Source of the DNA: a bacterium
GTDB lineage: Bacteria > RBG-13-61-14 > DATKZS01
Length of the DNA stretch: 64,000 nt
Assembly: GCA_963674965.2 (NCBI GenBank)
Contig: CAXXFL010000001.1
Location: 768,001-832,000 of the forward strand
Direction: 5' to 3'
Shown here in pieces: positions 28,036 through 37,529 of this stretch (positions within the stretch are counted from its first letter, which is position 1; every line of letters begins with the position of its first letter). A model generated the notes under the pieces. The model was not told the DNA's origin. It made no database searches and saw only the letters and a list, made by a program, of their open reading frames with translations. Made by a program: the position numbers and the translations under genes.

Positions 28036-30657
28036 ATGGCTGACTCGAAAGACCTGGTTTTCGCGAGGGACAGAAACCTTTTGCTCGGCGTTATCGCGGT
28101 GCAGCTGAGTTTTATCTCTCCGTCTCAATTGGCCTCGGCCGCGGCCATGTGGGCCAATGACGGCGCGTCGGACCTGGGCAAGATACTTCTCGAGCTTTCC
28201 TTCCTCTCTCCCAAAAATCTCGAGGTCATCGAGAAGCTCCTCGAGAACCGGCTCGAGGCCCATGGGGAGGACCCGGCCAAGGCCCTGGCCTCCATCGGCG
28301 GCGACGGCGCGGTGCGGGCGTCCTTCGCTGGGGCCGAGGAAAAAATCCTCGGACGCGAGACCGCCCGGGAACGAAGCGGCGGCTCGCCGACCGCCTCGAT
28401 AGATAAGACTGACAATATCACCATCGAGCACCCGGGAAGGTACTCGATAAAAGGAGAACACGCGAGGGGGGCCATCGGCCGGATACTGATCGCCTTTGAC
28501 GAGCACGTGGGCAGGGAGGTGGCGCTCAAGGAATTATTGGCCGGAGACAACGCGGCCGGTTCCTCGGAGGGCCGCTCTCCTTCCCGGGCCTCGGTCGAGG
28601 CCGAGGCCAGGTTCCTGCGGGAGGGAAGGATCACCGGGCAGCTCGAGCACCCCGGCATCGTTCCCGTCTATGAAATAGGAAAAAGGCCGGACGGAGAAGT
28701 CTACTACACCATGAAGATGATGAGGGGGGCCACCCTGGCGGAGGCCCTCAAGTCCTGCGCCTCCCTTTCCGAGAGGCTCCAGCTTCTGCCCAAGTTCCTG
28801 GCCATGTGCCAGGCCATCGCCTTTGCCCACGCCAAGGGCGTGATCCATCGCGATATCAAGCCGGCCAACATGATGATCGGCGAGTTCGGCGAGTGCGTGG
28901 TGCTCGACTGGGGCCTGGCCAAGGTCAAGGGGCTGCGCGACATACAATCGCGGACCCTGGAGAAAGGGTACACCCTCCTTCAGGACGGCGACATAGTGGC
29001 CACGGTGGCGGGCTCTCCGATCGGCACTCCCGCCTACATGAGTCCCGAGCAGGCGGACGGCCGCATCGAGGACATCGACGCCAGGAGCGACGTCTGGGGT
29101 CTGGGCGCCATTCTTTTCGAGCTACTGACGGGTCGGTATCCCTACACGGGCCGGACGGCCCACGAGGTGATGATGAAGGTGGCCACCGAGCCGCTCGACG
29201 ATATCTCGAGGATCGAGCCGCACGCCCCGGCCGAGTTGAAAGAAATCTGCGAGAAGTGCCTTAACAAGGACCGCGACGAAAGGTACCAGGACGCGGGCGA
29301 CCTGGCCCGCGAGGTGGAGAAGGTGGTGGTGGTCATCTTCGGCGCGGGTTCCTTCGTCGAGGTTCGGGAGGAGAAGAACTACGCCCTCGAGCAGATGCGC
29401 ATCGCTGAGGAACAGCGCGCCATCGCCGAGGCCAAGGAGCGGGAGGCGAGGGAGAACCTGGCCGAGGCTTATCTGCAATACGGACTGGGAGCGGAAAAGG
29501 AGGGGGACTGGAGTCGCGCCAAGATATATTTCGCCAAGTCCCTGGCGCTCACGGGCCGGACCGACGCGAGGAAGGCCATCTGCCGTGAGCCTATTAAGGC
29601 GGCGAGCAAATTCTCGGTCATGTCCTATTCCGAGGCGGGCGAGTCCATTACCGCCGTTTATCTTTCGAGGGAAGGCAAATACGCCCTAACCGCCGGCGGC
29701 GATTACAGCCTCTCGCTGTGGTCCATCGAGGGCGGCGAGTACATGCGGACCTATACGGGCCACTCCAACGAGGTCCGGGCCATCGGCCTTTCGATGGACG
29801 GAAAGCTCGTGCTGGGGGCGGGCGACGACTCGAAGATCAACGTGTGGCGGACCAACAGCACCAATTTCGAGCGGGAGTTTATTGGCCACCAGGGGACGGT
29901 CAAGGCCGCCTGCTTTTCTCCGTCGGCCAAGTACGTGATCTCGTCGGGGGCCGACTCGACCATCCGCATGTGGTCCATGGAGAACGGCCAGTGCCTCTTC
30001 GTCTTCCAGGGCCACAAGGGACCGGTCAACTCGGTGGAAATCTCGCCGGACGGAAAGCACCTTATCTCGGCCGGAAGCGATAAGACGGTCAAGCTCTGGT
30101 CGCTTCAGAGCGGCAAATGCATCCATACCTACGAGGGCCACCGGGGACCGGCGCTGGGCGCGCATTTCGACCCCCGCCGCGAGTACGCCGTGTCCTTTGG
30201 CCGTCGGGTGATACTGTGGTCTCTTAAATCCGGGAAGAGGGAGAGGACCTTCGAGGGTCACGCCGAGGGCGTGGTGGCGGCGTCTTTCTCTCCCGACGGC
30301 ACGCACGTGGTCACCGCCGGCTGCGCCGAGCGGGAGCACTTCGGCACCTGCGTGGCCGGGGACTTGAGGCTCTGGTCCATCAAAAGCGGCGAGCTGCTTC
30401 GCGCCATCGTGGCTCACGACCGGCAGGCCATGGCCGTGAGGTTCATGCCCAGCGGAAACCTGCTGGTCTCGGCCGGGGCCGACAGCACAATCAAGACCTG
30501 GCCCATCGACTGGGAAGTGTTCGGCCTGGAAGGGGACCAGATTCTCGCCCGTGCCCAGCGGGAGGCGGGTCTTGTCCTTGACGGCTTCAAGCTCGAGTCA
30601 CTCGTGCACGAGCCCGTGGAGGATGAGTCCGCTCCCGATCTGCCGCCGTCCATATAA
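28036..30657 (+). CDS. Hanks-type Ser/Thr protein kinase with C-terminal WD40 repeats
   Basis: VALK, LEHPGIVPVY, IHRDIKPAN, DWGLAK, GTPAYMSPEQ, SDVWGLG; repeated GH...D..IxxW units. Start ATG 28036. Confidence 0.95.
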   Translation: MADSKDLVFARDRNLLLGVIAVQLSFISPSQLASAAAMWANDGASDLGKILLELSFLSPKNLEVIEKLLENRLEAHGEDPAKALASIGGDGAVRASFAGAEEKILGRETARERSGGSPTASIDKTDNITIEHPGRYSIKGEHARGAIGRILIAFDEHVGREVALKELLAGDNAAGSSEGRSPSRASVEAEARFLREGRITGQLEHPGIVPVYEIGKRPDGEVYYTMKMMRGATLAEALKSCASLSERLQLLPKFLAMCQAIAFAHAKGVIHRDIKPANMMIGEFGECVVLDWGLAKVKGLRDIQSRTLEKGYTLLQDGDIVATVAGSPIGTPAYMSPEQADGRIEDIDARSDVWGLGAILFELLTGRYPYTGRTAHEVMMKVATEPLDDISRIEPHAPAELKEICEKCLNKDRDERYQDAGDLAREVEKVVVVIFGAGSFVEVREEKNYALEQMRIAEEQRAIAEAKEREARENLAEAYLQYGLGAEKEGDWSRAKIYFAKSLALTGRTDARKAICREPIKAASKFSVMSYSEAGESITAVYLSREGKYALTAGGDYSLSLWSIEGGEYMRTYTGHSNEVRAIGLSMDGKLVLGAGDDSKINVWRTNSTNFEREFIGHQGTVKAACFSPSAKYVISSGADSTIRMWSMENGQCLFVFQGHKGPVNSVEISPDGKHLISAGSDKTVKLWSLQSGKCIHTYEGHRGPALGAHFDPRREYAVSFGRRVILWSLKSGKRERTFEGHAEGVVAASFSPDGTHVVTAGCAEREHFGTCVAGDLRLWSIKSGELLRAIVAHDRQAMAVRFMPSGNLLVSAGADSTIKTWPIDWEVFGLEGDQILARAQREAGLVLDGFKLESLVHEPVEDESAPDLPPSI

Positions 30658-30680
30658 AGGAAGTCACCCGGATTCATGGC

Positions 30681-30944
30681 TTACTGGACGCTCCGAAAAA
30701 ATCCGATCAGCATGTAAATGGAAGGGACCAGTAAAATAAAGCCCACCCAATAGAGCCAGAAGTAAAGTCCTACTTGACCTTTCTCGCTTCTCGTTTCCTT
30801 TATATAGTCCCGCATTATCAAAATGGGAAGACCGCGTCTCAGGCTCCAGTGGCCGGGACCCTTAAGATAAACCTGCATTTTATAGTCGCTTACCAGGGAA
30901 AGAACCAGACCCGCGATAAACAAAACCAGCCATAACCACGTCAA
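30681..30944 (-). CDS. Small 2-TM hypothetical protein
   Basis: TTG start with RBS GGAGG; two hydrophobic segments. Confidence 0.6.
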   Translation of the reverse strand: MTWLWLVLFIAGLVLSLVSDYKMQVYLKGPGHWSLRRGLPILIMRDYIKETRSEKGQVGLYFWLYWVGFILLVPSIYMLIGFFRSVQ

Positions 30945-30993
30945 AGCACGCCTCCTCGAGAAATCCGAATTTTTTATACGGCATTTTTCATCA

Positions 30994-31009
30994 CGGCATA
31001 TGGATTGCT
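30994..31009 (+). promoter_or_regulatory. Candidate sigma-54 (-24/-12) promoter
   Basis: CGGCATATGGATTGCT has exact GG-N10-GC spacing and TTGCT, in the AT-rich region upstream of the desulfurase/V4R operon. Confidence 0.4.
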
Positions 31010-31247
31010 CTTGTAACGTCTAAAACAAATGACTTTTCTCCATACAGTATCGCCAAACCCAGGAAAATCGTCAATGAAGAAATCAAAAAAATAAATTTTT
31101 CAAGTAATTGCGCCGGACAAGACGCAAATAAGGTCAATAAGAAAAAAAAGGGCTTTCTCAATCTGAATAAAAACGCGAGTCGTTTTCGCAATATTGGCAA
31201 GAGGGTTTTCATATGTACTCCCGAAATTATCTATTAAGGCGATAACC

Positions 31248-32393
31248 ATGGGTCAAGACTTAAGATCGGTTTTCATGAATAACGCCGCCGGCTCATGGCC
31301 CAAGGCGCCGGGCGTGGTCGAGGCGGTGAATTCCGCTTTGAGCCGAAGACCGGAGCACCCGGGCCGGACGTCCCTGCAAAAAGACGATCTGGCCGGCCGC
31401 TGTCGGGAGCTTTTAGCCGGGATCATGGGCGTTGAAGATAAAACCCGCGTGGCCATAACCTTTAACGCCACCCACTCGCTCAACATAGCCATCATGGGCA
31501 TGGGGCTTCAAAGGGGAGACGTGGTGGTGACCACCGTGACCGAGCACAATTCCGTGCTAAGGCCCCTGGCCCATCTGGCCGAGCGCCAGGGAGTCGAGGT
31601 CATTGAAATCGGGCTCGATGACAATAACCTCTTGGACTTTGCCGCCTTTTGTCGCGCGCTCGAGAGAAGGCCGAAGCTGGTGGCCATAAACCACGCCTCG
31701 AACGTGACGGGCAGAATCCAGGACGCGGCCCGATATTTCGCGGCGGCCAAAAAGGCGGGGGCCGTGACTCTTCTTGACGCCTCGCAGACGATGGGCCACG
31801 CTCGGGTCAATCCCGACGAGCTTTTTGCCGACATGGTGGCCTTCACGGGTCATAAAGGACTCCTCGGCCCGCCCGGCATAGGAGGACTATACGTGAGGCC
31901 GGGAATCGAGCTCGAGCAATGGATGGTCGGCGGGACCGGCGTTCGCAGCGATCTCACCCTGCACCCCGAGGACATGCCCACCCGGCTGGAGGCCGGAACG
32001 CCCAACGTTCCCGCCATGGCCGGACTTGCCCTGGCCCTCGAGTGGCTCCAGGAGAAGGGCCATGATTTCGCGCGCAAGGAAATGGACCTGGCCCGAGGCC
32101 TTCGAGAGGGGCTCTCGCAAATAGGCCGCGTCAACCTTATGGACTACGATCCCGCGGCGGAGAGGGTGGGCATCGTTTCCTTTACGGTCGAGGGCTGGGA
32201 GGTCGAGGAGGCGGGCTACGTCCTGCAGGAAAGCTTCGGCATAGTCTGTCGTACGGGCCTTCATTGCGCTCCCCACATCCACGCGCCTCTGGGCTCGGCC
32301 CCGGATGGGACCATACGTTTGAGTCTCTCCGGGTTTAACGTCGAGCGGGACGTTGAATACGCCGTCCAGTCGATCAAGGGTCTGGCGGCATGA
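31248..32393 (+). CDS. Cysteine desulfurase / selenocysteine lyase family (aminotransferase class V)
   Basis: NNAAGSWPK, TEHNSV, HASNVTG, DASQ, PLP-Lys FTGHKGLLGP, catalytic-Cys loop RTGLHCAP. Confidence 0.93.
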   Translation: MGQDLRSVFMNNAAGSWPKAPGVVEAVNSALSRRPEHPGRTSLQKDDLAGRCRELLAGIMGVEDKTRVAITFNATHSLNIAIMGMGLQRGDVVVTTVTEHNSVLRPLAHLAERQGVEVIEIGLDDNNLLDFAAFCRALERRPKLVAINHASNVTGRIQDAARYFAAAKKAGAVTLLDASQTMGHARVNPDELFADMVAFTGHKGLLGPPGIGGLYVRPGIELEQWMVGGTGVRSDLTLHPEDMPTRLEAGTPNVPAMAGLALALEWLQEKGHDFARKEMDLARGLREGLSQIGRVNLMDYDPAAERVGIVSFTVEGWEVEEAGYVLQESFGIVCRTGLHCAPHIHAPLGSAPDGTIRLSLSGFNVERDVEYAVQSIKGLAA

Positions 32394-32677
32394 ATATCGC
32401 GAGCGTGAAAAAGGTCGAGGACTGCTTCGACGGCGGCTCGGTGTTCAGCTACGAAATGGACGAAGAGGTAACCGAGGCTTCGATAAAGAGGTTGGGCGTT
32501 CTTGGCCGCCTGGATTATTTTCCACATTTTCCGAGGCCATTTTACCGTCTGATCACGGATGATGGTCTTCAGATAAAAGGAGTCGAGGGAGAGCGAGACT
32601 TTCAAGTGATCTTTCCCAGAAAGGAGAAGGAAAAGATTAAGGAGGAGTTTGAAAGGTTTATCACCACTCACAATTGA
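32390..32677 (+). CDS. Small hypothetical protein (single Cys, EDCFDG)
   Basis: ATGA overlap with the desulfurase stop codon; 95 aa. Confidence 0.75.
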   Translation: MNIASVKKVEDCFDGGSVFSYEMDEEVTEASIKRLGVLGRLDYFPHFPRPFYRLITDDGLQIKGVEGERDFQVIFPRKEKEKIKEEFERFITTHN

Positions 32678-32708
32678 CAAGACGACATATTGAAAGGAGG
32701 TATCCGAC

Positions 32709-32897
32709 ATGGGAGCCAAACTGGTAAAACTTTACGAGTTCGCCAAGCAAAACGGCGGACTTCAATTGACGATGAGGATCGCCGTCAAGACCGGCGTTCC
32801 CTCGAAGAACGCGGCCGGCGTTCCCGACACGCCCGATCTGATCGAGAAGGCGAAAGCGGTAATCAAGGACGCCACGGGCCAGGCGCCGCCCGTATAG
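32709..32897 (+). CDS. 62-aa hypothetical protein
   Basis: Strong RBS AAAGGAGG; GC3-rich codons; fills the operon gap. Confidence 0.8.
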   Translation: MGAKLVKLYEFAKQNGGLQLTMRIAVKTGVPSKNAAGVPDTPDLIEKAKAVIKDATGQAPPV

Positions 32898-32932
32898 CGG
32901 CCTCATAGGAAAGGAAAACAAGGAGGAACATC

Positions 32933-33469
32933 ATGACCGTTATTAAAAAGACAGAACTCGAGCTGGACCACCGGTTCGATCCGGCGTCGTGCCGTCATTC
33001 TCTAAACGGCTTCACCTCGGTCCTGCATTGCCACCATTACAGCGCCCTTTACACTCAGTTGGCCGACGACTGCGGCATGCTTGACGGTAGAAAGCTCCTG
33101 TCCGAGTGCGCGGAGGATTCATTTTTCGAGGTCCTTTCCGCGTATTTCAAGGCCAAGGGCATGGAGTGCATCGAGGACAGGATCGCCATAGCCGAGCAGT
33201 ACTATGCCGCCGTGGGTCTTGGCGGGATGAAGGTCGTTTGCGCGGGCCTGGACTCGGGCAAGGTCGAGTTGAGCCACAGTCACGTGGACGAGGGATGGAT
33301 GAAGAAGTGGGGCAAGCGCGACAAGCCGGTCAACTTTATCACTCAAGGATACGTGGCCGCCCTGTTCTCGGCCGTGTTCGGCCGTCCGCCCCGGACCTAT
33401 CGCGTCGATGAGACCGAGGGCATAGTCACGGGCGCGGAGAAATCGACCTTTACCGTGGTCGTCCGCTAA
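32933..33469 (+). CDS. V4R-like domain protein (HCHHY motif)
   Basis: RBS AAGGAGG; AVGLG..V..SH...KPVNFITQGYVAA...VDETEGIVTG..STF follows the V4R pattern, with canonical Cys replaced. Confidence 0.75.
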   Translation: MTVIKKTELELDHRFDPASCRHSLNGFTSVLHCHHYSALYTQLADDCGMLDGRKLLSECAEDSFFEVLSAYFKAKGMECIEDRIAIAEQYYAAVGLGGMKVVCAGLDSGKVELSHSHVDEGWMKKWGKRDKPVNFITQGYVAALFSAVFGRPPRTYRVDETEGIVTGAEKSTFTVVVR

Positions 33470-33488
33470 GGAAAAAAGGAGAATTAAA

Positions 33489-34100
33489 ATGGCGATCGAT
33501 AGAAAACGCATCATCGAGGCCATGTCTCAGATCGAGATCGTGGGAAATGAGGATGGACTTATCCCGGCCTTTGGGGTTTTCGTGCAGCAGCTTCCGGCTT
33601 CCTTTTGGAACGGCTTCGCGGAAAGGCTGACCTCGCGGGTCGACGCCGACACCCTCGAGGCCGCCGAGTGGCTCCTGGTTAACGCCGCTCACGAGTGCGG
33701 CTACCATACGGGATACGGTATCATCACCTCCGAGGAATGGAAGGCCGTGGTCGAGCCGATGATCGAGAACGCGCCCGAGGACGTGCTCCACGGCGCCTTC
33801 GCCATCTTCACCGCCTGGGGATGGGCCAAGGCCGAGATAGTCGAGCTGGTCCCGGGCGAGAAAATGGTGGTCAGGGCCTACGATTATTACGAGTCGGACG
33901 TGGTCAAGTACGGAAGGTCGAACAAGCACAGCGCCTACATGATCAGGGGCGTGTCGGCCGCCTTCATGGACCTGGCCTACGGCGGGGAATACGATTCCAC
34001 CGGCGAGACCGGTCTTCGGACCTTCAAGTGCGACCAGGTCAAGGGGATCGAGTGCGGCGACGACTATGGAGAGTTCGTGGTGGTCAAAGCCGAGGAATAA
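33489..34100 (+). CDS. V4R-like domain protein (HECGYH motif)
   Basis: RBS AAGGAG; AWGWAK.EIV..MVVRAYDYYES...YMIRGVSAA..KCDQVKGIECGDDYGEF. Confidence 0.8.
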   Translation: MAIDRKRIIEAMSQIEIVGNEDGLIPAFGVFVQQLPASFWNGFAERLTSRVDADTLEAAEWLLVNAAHECGYHTGYGIITSEEWKAVVEPMIENAPEDVLHGAFAIFTAWGWAKAEIVELVPGEKMVVRAYDYYESDVVKYGRSNKHSAYMIRGVSAAFMDLAYGGEYDSTGETGLRTFKCDQVKGIECGDDYGEFVVVKAEE

Positions 34101-34117
34101 AAAACCCCCGACGAAAA

Positions 34118-34160
34118 TCCCGGCGTGGACCGCCGCCAGAGTTACGGCGTCCCGCCGGGA
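34118..34160. terminator. Long GC hairpin between convergent operons
   Basis: TCCCGGCG.GGA.CGCCG / CGGCG.TCC.CGCCGGGA. Confidence 0.55.
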
Positions 34161-34182
34161 GACTTGCCTTCAGGCGTTAATT

Positions 34183-34959
34183 CTATCCGGGTTCCTTCTC
34201 GGCCGTGACCGGGTTTTTAAGCTCGCCCACGCCCTCGACGGACACGACGATCTCGTCGCCCGGCTCCATGGGCCCGATGCCGGGAGGTGTGCCGGTGGCG
34301 ATAACGTCTCCGGGAAAAAGAGTCATCACCCGGGAGATATGCTCGATAATTTTAGGGACGTCGAATATAAGCTCCCTGGTGGTCGAGTCCTGGACCGTCT
34401 TTCCGTTAAGCACGGCCATTACCCGCAAGTTGGCCGGGTCGAGCTCGGTCTCGATCCAGGGGCCGATGGGGCAGAACCCGTCGAATCCCTTGGCCCGGGA
34501 CCACTGCCCGTCCTTAACCTGCAGGTCCCTGGCCGTTACGTCGTTCACGCAAGTGAAGCCGAGAATATAATCATTCGCTTCTCCGGCTTTCACGTGTCTG
34601 GCCTTTCGCCCGATGACTATTCCCAGTTCCGCCTCGTAGTCGACCCGCCTGGTCAATCCCCCGTAAGGATAGGGGATGGGATCGCCCGGGCCTATGACCG
34701 TCGCGCTGGGCTTTAAAAAGATGATGGGCTCCTCGGGAACGGGCACGCCCATCTCCCTGGCGTGGTCCCGGTAATTAAGCCCCAGGGCCACCACCTTGGA
34801 GGGACAAACCGGGGCCAAAAGATCGACCTCGACCGCGCTCGCCGCCGATCCGGTCCTTGCCAGGCCGCCGAAAAGGTCGCCCTCGATAAACTCCACCTCC
34901 GAGGCGGAGAGTATTCCGTATTTAATCGAGCCGCCGAGGCGGCATCTTATCAGTTTCAT
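34183..34959 (-). CDS. Fumarylacetoacetate hydrolase (FAH) family protein
   Basis: GLNYRDHA, FLKP, DYEAELG, NDVTARDLQ, RAKGFD, PGDVIATGTP. Confidence 0.95.
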   Translation of the reverse strand: MKLIRCRLGGSIKYGILSASEVEFIEGDLFGGLARTGSAASAVEVDLLAPVCPSKVVALGLNYRDHAREMGVPVPEEPIIFLKPSATVIGPGDPIPYPYGGLTRRVDYEAELGIVIGRKARHVKAGEANDYILGFTCVNDVTARDLQVKDGQWSRAKGFDGFCPIGPWIETELDPANLRVMAVLNGKTVQDSTTRELIFDVPKIIEHISRVMTLFPGDVIATGTPPGIGPMEPGDEIVVSVEGVGELKNPVTAEKEPG

Positions 34960-34980
34960 GCCATCTCCTTTCCGGCGCGG

Positions 34981-35514
34981 CTACTTGCCGTTGAATTTCA
35001 GACCGGGCACCGCCGCGTCCTCGCCCCATTCCTCGAGGCTCCAATAAGCGGTGTGCGCGAAATAAAGAAACATGAGGACGTTGGAGGCGTCCCATAAAAA
35101 GACCCCCATGAATACGGGGAACCCATAGGCGAAGAGATAGGCCGTGAGAAAACCTATCGAGGCGTAGGCCTTCATCAGGCAAAGGGGGACCAGGACAATG
35201 TAAAAGCGCCTGACGTTGGACTGGATCATGAAGCACATGAAGGCCAGGGTGAAAACGTTTCCCGCCCCCAGAATCCGCCATATAAATCCGTCCTCCGCGA
35301 AGGGGTAGGAATCGGCCCCCAGAAGCCTTCCCATCAAGGTGAACTGGGAAATTGCTGACTGAGGACTGAAGGCGTAGGTAAAGGAGGGCAAAAGGAAATG
35401 CACCCCCAGCAGGAAGAAGGCCATCTGGAAATTCCGGTAAGCCTTGTTCGGCTGGTTCCAAAACCTCCTCCACCAGTCCTTTACGTCGTCCTTGATATGG
35501 CCGTATACGTCCAT
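34981..35514 (-). CDS. Hypothetical 4-TM membrane protein
   Basis: RBS GGAGG; four hydrophobic segments; sits between the ThDP and FAH genes. Confidence 0.75.
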   Translation of the reverse strand: MDVYGHIKDDVKDWWRRFWNQPNKAYRNFQMAFFLLGVHFLLPSFTYAFSPQSAISQFTLMGRLLGADSYPFAEDGFIWRILGAGNVFTLAFMCFMIQSNVRRFYIVLVPLCLMKAYASIGFLTAYLFAYGFPVFMGVFLWDASNVLMFLYFAHTAYWSLEEWGEDAAVPGLKFNGK

Positions 35515-35562
35515 GTTTTCCTCCGCCGCGGCGACCGCGCTCGTTATCGCCGCGAAATATGG

Positions 35563-37365
35563 TTAGAGCTTTTCCCCGCTTTTCTCTTTCTCGTATCTTG
35601 CCCGCCGGGCCTTTAAATAAGCCGGGATGGGAACGTCCCACCAACCCACGGCCGGGCTGCCCGAATGGGGATATTGCCGATTTACGATGACCTCGACCAG
35701 CGCCGGTCCGCCGGCCCTGATGGCCCGCTTGATGGCCGGGCCTACCTCCCCCGGCTTTTGCACCCGCCTCGAGTTCCATCCAAAGGCCTTGGCCGCGGCG
35801 GCGAAATCGGGGGAATAGAGCTTACCCGACGGGTCCGTGAAGTCCGTGCCTATGGCCCTTCCCTCGCCAAAGGCCGCCATTTGCAGGTCCTTGATGGCTA
35901 TCCACCCCTGGTTGTTGTAAACCACGGCCACCACGTCCGCGCCGATCTGTTTGGCCGTTGCCATTTCCTGCATGGTCATCATGAAGTCGCCGTCCCCCAC
36001 CAGAGCGGCCACCACCCGGCCGGGCCGGGCCAGCTTCACCCCGATGGCCGCGGGCAAGGCGAAGCCCATGGTCGAGAAACCGGCCGCGCTTATGCAGGTC
36101 CCGGGCTCGTCGAAGGGAAACTCCTGAAGCACCTGGGCCTGGACGTTGCCCGAGCTGGTCACCACGAAGGCGTCCATGGGCAGGGCCTCCCGCGTCTCCC
36201 TCAAGGCGCGCGAGATGGTGACGGGCGACTTCCTCGAGGACTGGAGCCTGGCAACGTGCTTTGACCACTTGTCCTTATGCTTTTTCAGCTCCTTGACGTA
36301 ATCGAGTTTCCGGTAATCTCGATCCGACAAGGACTCCGTGAGGCTTTCCAAAAGGGACGCAAGGGTGGACTTGGCGTCTCCCACGATCCCCACCTGGACG
36401 GGATAGTTCTTTCCTATCTCCTGCGGGTCTATGTCCACGTGGATGAGCTTGGTGGGGGGAATGGAAAAGGTGGCGCCGTCCTTGTAGCTGGAGGAAGTCT
36501 CGTCGGCGAAGCGGCATCCCACGGCCAGGATCACGTCGGCGGTCCGGGCCATGGCGTTGCCCACGGTCGTTCCCTTTGACCCGCCCAGCCAGGCGGAAAG
36601 AGGATGGGTCTCGGGGAACGATCCCTTTCCCATCAGGGTCGTGATAACCGCCGCGCCCAGGACCTCGGCCAGGGCCTTCAATTCGGGCTCGGCGCCCGCG
36701 GACCTTATTCCGCCGCCCACCAGGATGAGCGGCCTTTTCGCCTTGGCCAAAAGCGCGGCGGCGGCCTCGATCTGGTCCGGGTCTCCCATCACCCTGCCGC
36801 CGGGAAGGCGGGTAGCCGGGTCGGGAATCTCGACGTCGGCGGCCCCGGCCTGGACGTCCATGGGCAGGTCGATAAGGACCGGTCCCCTCCTGCCCGTCAT
36901 CATGAGGTTAAAGGCCCGGTGCATGATGGTGGGTAGCTGGGCGGTCGAGTCGGCCACCCAATAGCGCTTGACCAGGGGCTCGAGCACTCGAGAGAACTCG
37001 TGGTCGTGCCGCCGCTCGATCTCCTGCAACAGGCCTTTTCCCCGCATGTGGACGTGGGCGCCTCCGGTTACGATAAGCACCGGGATGGAATCGACGTAGG
37101 CGTTGCCGGCCCCGATGGCGGTGTTGATGGCGCCCGGTCCGATCGAGGTGAACACGGCCAGGGGCTTGCCGCTTGCCCGGAAGTAGCCGTCCGCCATGTG
37201 GACCCCGGCCATTTCCTGCATGCAGGGAAGCACGCGGATTTTCTTTCGCCCTATAAAGGCGTCGCACAGGCTGAGGTTGCCGTGTCCGGGTATGGCTATG
37301 ACGTAAGGGACACCCTGCTTTACCAGGTATTCGGCCACTATTTGTCCGCCGGTTAGTTTCATCAT
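35563..37365 (-). CDS. ThDP-dependent enzyme, acetolactate-synthase superfamily, IolD-like
   Basis: AIPGHGN, QE, TSIGPG, LQEIE, GDGDF..YNN, and C-terminal WWDVP as in IolD-type ring hydrolases. Confidence 0.9.
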   Translation of the reverse strand: MMKLTGGQIVAEYLVKQGVPYVIAIPGHGNLSLCDAFIGRKKIRVLPCMQEMAGVHMADGYFRASGKPLAVFTSIGPGAINTAIGAGNAYVDSIPVLIVTGGAHVHMRGKGLLQEIERRHDHEFSRVLEPLVKRYWVADSTAQLPTIMHRAFNLMMTGRRGPVLIDLPMDVQAGAADVEIPDPATRLPGGRVMGDPDQIEAAAALLAKAKRPLILVGGGIRSAGAEPELKALAEVLGAAVITTLMGKGSFPETHPLSAWLGGSKGTTVGNAMARTADVILAVGCRFADETSSSYKDGATFSIPPTKLIHVDIDPQEIGKNYPVQVGIVGDAKSTLASLLESLTESLSDRDYRKLDYVKELKKHKDKWSKHVARLQSSRKSPVTISRALRETREALPMDAFVVTSSGNVQAQVLQEFPFDEPGTCISAAGFSTMGFALPAAIGVKLARPGRVVAALVGDGDFMMTMQEMATAKQIGADVVAVVYNNQGWIAIKDLQMAAFGEGRAIGTDFTDPSGKLYSPDFAAAAKAFGWNSRRVQKPGEVGPAIKRAIRAGGPALVEVIVNRQYPHSGSPAVGWWDVPIPAYLKARRARYEKEKSGEKL

Positions 37366-37529
37366 ATCCCCCATCATTCGAGTCTCGCGGCGCAAGTCGC
37401 GGGTCTCCTCCCGCCTTGCGTCGCCCGGTCATTTTATAGTATGGATTAGGAGCGGGCAAGGCGGCGAGGACGTCTTTGCCGTTTTCGGCCGGCTTCTAGT
37501 TCGGCGCCGTCGCAAGTAGTGGAAGCAAA

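Noticed and set aside
31195-31212. Second sigma-54 site (TGGCAAGAGGGTTTTC)
   Set aside because: No GC at the -12 position.
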